Below the pieces are notes generated by a model, which was given only the letters and a program-made list of their open reading frames with translations, did no database searches and had not been told where the DNA came from. A stretch of DNA of 64,000 nt. Source: Flaccisagitta enflata (Eukaryota). The position numbers and the translations under genes were made by a program. The stretch is taken from NCBI GenBank assembly GCA_965153355.1, contig OZ231126.1, positions 24,676,001-24,740,000 of the forward strand. Direction: 5' to 3'. Below, in pieces: positions 58,869-64,000 of this stretch (within the stretch, counting starts at the first letter, position 1; every line of letters starts with the position of its first letter).

Positions 58869-59699
58869 GAGGGGAAAAAAAGAATAATGATAGAGAGAAA
58901 AAATGATCCAAAGAAAGACAAAAGAGGGAGGAAAAGAAAAGGAAATGAGAAAAAAAGAGTGTATCAAGATAGATTGTTACGGAATTGAAAATGAAGGAAA
59001 AGCCGACAAAAACAGACAAACGCGTCACTGCAAAGCTTCATCCTTGTCTTAGATTTGGATTGTTTGCAGATGCTAATTGTCGAGTAAAACATGTCTTATT
59101 TCCTGCATACATGATTATACGTAAATCATAATAAGAGAATGGATGTTTTTCTGCACAACGTATGGATCCAGCATGAGACAATTCCATGATGAACTACTGG
59201 TTTACATGAAAAATACACCTTCTCTGCTTCTCATATATTATGTCATTTGAGGGCTGATAAGATATGTCAGTCTGTCAATCACTTTCTTGGAATCTTAATT
59301 AGTTTTTGTCGAAAACGAAATCGCGCGTTACAAGACCAATACAAAGTCCAATATTCATTAATCAGTCTGCCACCACTCATTCGTAAATGATAGCCTAACA
59401 AAGGGTCCAATATTCATTAGTCAGTCTGCTACAATGAATTCATCTTTCTTGGTCTTTCCGGCTGGTCTGGCAGTTGACATTAATCATAGGAGGTGCGACT
59501 GTCGTCGGACGTTTCTCACAGAGGAACCGAGATGACCCAAATTGATTTTGGAGGGGGTTGGCAGTCAACACCACTATGTTATACAACTTCAGCGAATACC
59601 TCCCCCACCTCGTCCGCGCTGCCCATTGCAAAAACAGGCAGCATCATCGATATCAACATCGTCTTACCCCCCTTTCCATCCCAACTGCCTACAGAGCCT

Positions 59700-60110
59700 G
59701 CCTTCACAACCTCCACTTCCATCGCTCCCCGCTACCATCTCCTTTTCCACCATCGCCAATGCCATATTCACTGTCACCGCCACCTCCACTACCACCGTCA
59801 GTGCCATATTCACTGTCGCCATCACCTCCACCACCATCGCTGCCTGCTCCATTATCACCATCGCCTTTTCCACCACCGACAATGCCTTATTCCTTGTCAC
59901 CGCCACCTCCACTACCACCGTCAATGCCATATTCACTATCACCGCTCAATCCACTAGCATCTCTACGAGCACCGCCTCCCGCGATCATCTACACTACCAC
60001 ATTCTTCGACACTGTTACCATCGCCACCACCGCCTTCTCCACCACCACCGCCGCCTCCTATCACTACTGTCACCTTCTCTGCCGCTCTCTCTCTTTCTCC
60101 ACCGCCGCGG
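59700..60110. repeat. ACC-rich degenerate minisatellite
   Basis: GCCATATTCACTGTCACCGCCACCTCCACTACCACCGTCA-like units recur. The ORFs in several frames are low complexity. Confidence 0.65.
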
Positions 60111-61166
60111 CTATTCTGATCTGATGAGGCCGAATCGCGGGCGATTTTAATCGTTTGAGGTCGCAGTTGGATCATCGGAGGCCTCATGCCCCAATTATGA
60201 CGCATCCAATTCGAAAATCATCAAGGAACCTCACGTGCCCTCGTTCATCCCCCGCGCGACCCCTAACCACCCCCGTGTGACCCCTAACCACCTAACTCCC
60301 CCGCTTTCTCTCCTCCGCTCATTTGATGCCTATGTACGATCCACATGGACGGACGCGGGCCACCACGGGCTTCACATTCATTTTTCACACATTAAGGGAT
60401 TCAAGAGAGGGGTGGGGGAGGGTGACGATTCTTAGAGGGTGTAAGAGGAGGAGATGGAGATAGAGATATTTGATGAGTGAATGATGGAAGGCAGATTGAA
60501 GAAAAACGCGAAAAATAGTATTCGAATAATGTTCGCTATGATAACACAGGGCTTACTCCAGAACACTTCCTACCGGCGCCAGAACTTTATCGTCCTCCCT
60601 TAGCTTTTCCAACGCTTTCTGCATTTCTCTCTTCACTCTCATAAGTATCGTCTTTAACCGTTCAGTTACTGCATACATGGAAATAGCTGGAATAACGCTT
60701 GGAAGGATAAAAACATCTTGTCCTGTATGACCAGTAAGAGAAAAAAAGTTTGACTGAGCATTTTCCGTAACTTATTTCATTTCACTGGCTTAAGCAAAAG
60801 TAGGATTTTCATGGTCTCTTTGCCCAAGTGAGTCATTCCTGTAATTCAGCGATTGGCCCGCGTAGTCTCTCAGCACAAAGTTGCCGCCTTACCGGTCTAT
60901 CATTTGGTCGGTCGTTTGGTCGTTTTCGTCCGTGTATGTCCTAATTTTATCCTCTCTGGATCCACGTGGCGAGTCTTACATATATCGTTCATCGATTCTC
61001 AAGGGCTTTGAGCCAGATATAACTTCCTGTAAATTGTGTTGTATCTTTTTTCTTTTGCCTTCCAACGGTCCAGGGTTTTCCTCCCACCAAAACATGGACC
61101 AACATTTTATCAAGATATCAAGTGTTTAATCCATCCTCTCATCATCTTCTTCATCATTTTAGGACC

Positions 61167-61411
61167 TTTTTTAGTCGCATACTACGCGACTATACACCCC
61201 GCTTTGTCGGTCGGTCGGTCGGTCCGTCCGTCCGTCCGTTGATCCGTCCGTCAGTCCGTCCGTCTGTCCATCGGTCCATCCGTCACACATTCCTTTTTTT
61301 CTGTTTTTGCGGTCTTTGGCCTCACAACTCCTGCCCAAACGGTCAAGTGACCTCAAATACGGCCCCTGCCCACCCGCACGCGACTGGGGTAGCCGTGTAT
61401 CCGGCCTTGTT
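61167..61411 (+). mobile_element. DINE-1/HINE-like family A, in Hox intron
   Basis: Full-length, opposite orientation to 54404-54651. Confidence 0.85.
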
Positions 61412-61866
61412 GGTGTTTACAATACTTCGCTGTTCATTGAATATCGTCGTCTATGGTGTTCCGCTCGCAGCACTCCACTATTACCACGTATCCTTTCAAT
61501 TCTATTTCTCCCCATCTCTCCATCTCCCCATCTCTCCACCTTTCTCCGTCACTTCCAGCTTTCAATCACTGTCCCTTGCTTAATTTTTCCTCTTCACCAT
61601 CACCATCTACTGTTTCACAACATCCTCCCTTATATTTGCATTGGCCTAATATTTCATGTCCTTTCGTGTTTGCACCCACACGCTGTTCCTTTGATTTCTT
61701 TGTCCCATTCTCCCTCTTTCCATCATCCACATCCTTGATGCCCATGCCCAAGCCTCTTTCTTCTCCTCTTCCGCTTCCTCATATTTTCGCTTGACTTGTC
61801 CCTCGGCCCCGCCCATATCCTCTGCCGGCGGCCTTGAATCATCATTCATACATTTTTCTACATTTA

Positions 61867-62480
61867 TACTATCTAGAACATAAGTATATCGACAGTATGG
61901 GAATTGGTTTATTCATTAGTAAAAGATCCATAGAAAGGCCTCAAAAATGTATCAAACATCTAATATCACATCTATGGGCTTCAACAATCTACTTATTGCG
62001 GATTTTCTAAGCATTTTAACACAATTCTTTTGCATGAAAGCACGATAACTTATCCTGCTGAAATTGGATTTCCATAAATACCTAAGTAAATGTTATGTTC
62101 TCCTTTTTGCTTTAGTTGTAATCCCAATGACTCAGAGACTATGAAATCAACCAAGAAAATGTAACCAAGGCGTTTGGTGTTTGTATTAAGAACCAAAAAT
62201 AAGATGAAAAAACCTCCCAATGTATCTGAATAGAGACTTTATTACTTAAAGCAAAAACTTTTAAGAAACAAGATCCATTTTTTCATCATTTTTCAATTGG
62301 AGTATCAATTTTATTTTGCTTGTCATTTCTAAACGCCTTGAGCTAAAAGGATGCGGTTTGCAGCACCTGGTCAGAAATTCAAAGTAGTTTTAGAATCTCA
62401 CTGATTTTTATATAAATTTCTTATTTTAAACAGAGTTCTTGCCCAAAATGCCTGTCGATATACTTATGTTCTAGATAGTA
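61867..62480. mobile_element. MITE with perfect ~29-bp TIRs
   Basis: TACTATCTAGAACATAAGTATATCGACAG ... CTGTCGATATACTTATGTTCTAGATAGTA. Confidence 0.85.
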
Positions 62481-62674
62481 CATATCTGGTATGTCTGTCC
62501 ATATTTCTGTCTTTGGGTTTCAATTCTTGTCTTCCTTCTTACATACATAACTATCAATCGCTAACTATCTATCTATGTATCTATCCTTCTATCAATCCAT
62601 CCATCAATCCATCCATCCATCCATCCATCCATCCATCCATCCATCCACCCGTCCATCTATCTATCTATCTATCA

Positions 62675-62745
<71 letters not shown>

Positions 62746-62765
62746 GCTCTATCTACCTATCAAAA

Positions 62766-62828
<63 letters not shown>

Positions 62829-62842
62829 AAAAATCTATCTAT

Positions 62843-62883
<41 letters not shown>

Positions 62884-62987
62884 AATCTATCTATCTATCT
62901 ATCTTTCGCTCTATCTACCTATCAAAATCTATCTACCCATCTGTCCTTGATTCATTTTGCTTGATTTTTCTAGCAATTTATTTTCGT

Positions 62988-63032
<45 letters not shown>

Positions 63033-63620
63033 ATTCATGCGATAATCAAATAGTTTTTTCACGGTTTGAGTGGAAGGGAGCGGCGATTTGAAATTGGATT
63101 AGCCAACCCACAATCATATCGTGTTCAGTTTCAGTGGACAAGCCACTTTTCAAATGCGAGGAGGAGTTACGTGGGTCGTTTTATGCTTCTATGGAGGAGG
63201 TATCTAAAGTCCGAAGTATCTAAAGTATCTAAAGTATCTAAAGTATCTAAAGTACAGTGCTCTTTGGGATTGTAAGAAATTTCGTTCTACGTATCGGCCA
63301 GTCTGTCTGTCTGTCAGTTTGCCTGTCTGTCTGTCTCTCTGTCTGGCTGTCTATCTGTCTGTATGTCTGCCTTTCCATTTGATTGTTTGCCTTATGGTCT
63401 CTCTCTCTTTCGCTCTCTCTCTCTTTCTCTCTCTCTCACTGTTTCACTCTCTTTGCTTGCTTTATTTCTCTCCCTACATCCTCGGCTTTCCTTCCTCAAC
63501 CAACTCTGTAACGCAGATGGGAGACTTTGCATCATTATCATTTTGTTTTCCTCAAATGAGAAAAAGTCGTGAGCAGAGAAAATGACAAAAGGACAAAAGG
63601 GTGTCTCTACGGGTGTGGAG

Positions 63621-63724
<104 letters not shown>

Positions 63725-63791
63725 AAATTAGAATGAGAATTAGAATGAGAATTTGAAATACAATAAATCTAGGTTTAGGAAACCTTAACTA

Positions 63792-64000
63792 CAGGGTCAT
63801 CAGCCTAAGATGCCGGATTCTGTTAAGCTTTTACTCATATACCCTTGATTTCATACTGATTGTCTCTTAAAGAGCATAATTTGACGTTTTTTGTATCAAA
63901 ATTTCATCCAAATCGGTTAAGTAGTTTAGATTTTACAAGTATTTGAAGTAGAAACTAATTTTCCCTCAATGGCAGAATTTTCAATAAAAATTGAGAGAGA
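63792..64000. mobile_element. Left end of a Tc1/mariner-like MITE related to 8989-9587 (truncated by window)
   Basis: TA-CAGGGT start. Shares AAGCTTTTACTC and TTTGACGTTTTTTGTAT with the 8989 element. Confidence 0.55.

Noticed and set aside
59493-60150. His/Pro/Thr-rich ORFs in three frames as a possible Hox exon 2 or nested gene
   Set aside because: ACC-based minisatellite with no homeodomain or other domain signature.
60115-60190. CTGATGAGGCCGAA, similar to a hammerhead ribozyme core
   Set aside because: No GAAA after stem II and no stem I/III with a cleavage triplet. Only a short ATGAGGCC/GGCCTCAT stem is present.
63780-63805. Minus-strand ACCCTGTAG resembling miR-10/miR-993, expected near Hox4/5, with adjacent CTGATGA resembling a hammerhead core
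   Set aside because: The match ends after 9 nt with no precursor hairpin and no GAAA core. It is better explained as TA + CAGGGT, the start of a mariner-like MITE.

Overview
Repeat-dense animal (invertebrate-type) genomic DNA with one convincing protein-coding segment. That segment is coding exon 1 of a Hox gene on the + strand (49777-51301). It starts MSSYFVNSL, ends with the hexapeptide region QIYPWMRKVHMSH and a phase-1 GTGAGT donor, and fits paralogy group 5 (Hox5/Scr) best. I saw no homeobox exon in the window, so the intron is probably longer than 12.7 kb, and no other Hox exon is apparent in the 49 kb upstream. Almost all other listed ORFs are microsatellite or tandem-repeat artefacts. 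The rest is non-autonomous DNA transposons: four DINE-1/Helentron (HINE)-like families, Tc1/mariner- and Tc2-like MITEs with TA TSDs, hAT-like elements, a nested Foldback-like palindromic element packed with TTAATTAA, a tandem duplication that supplies empty insertion sites, and long microsatellites. The most striking item is a 242-bp MITE in the Hox intron (57759-58000). It has a perfect 5-bp TSD, and both termini read CACCTTG + 12-nt spacer + AGAAAAACC, close to a V(D)J 12-RSS, which suggests a Transib/RAG-like transposon family in this genome. All calls were made by eye, and the boundaries of degenerate repeats are approximate.
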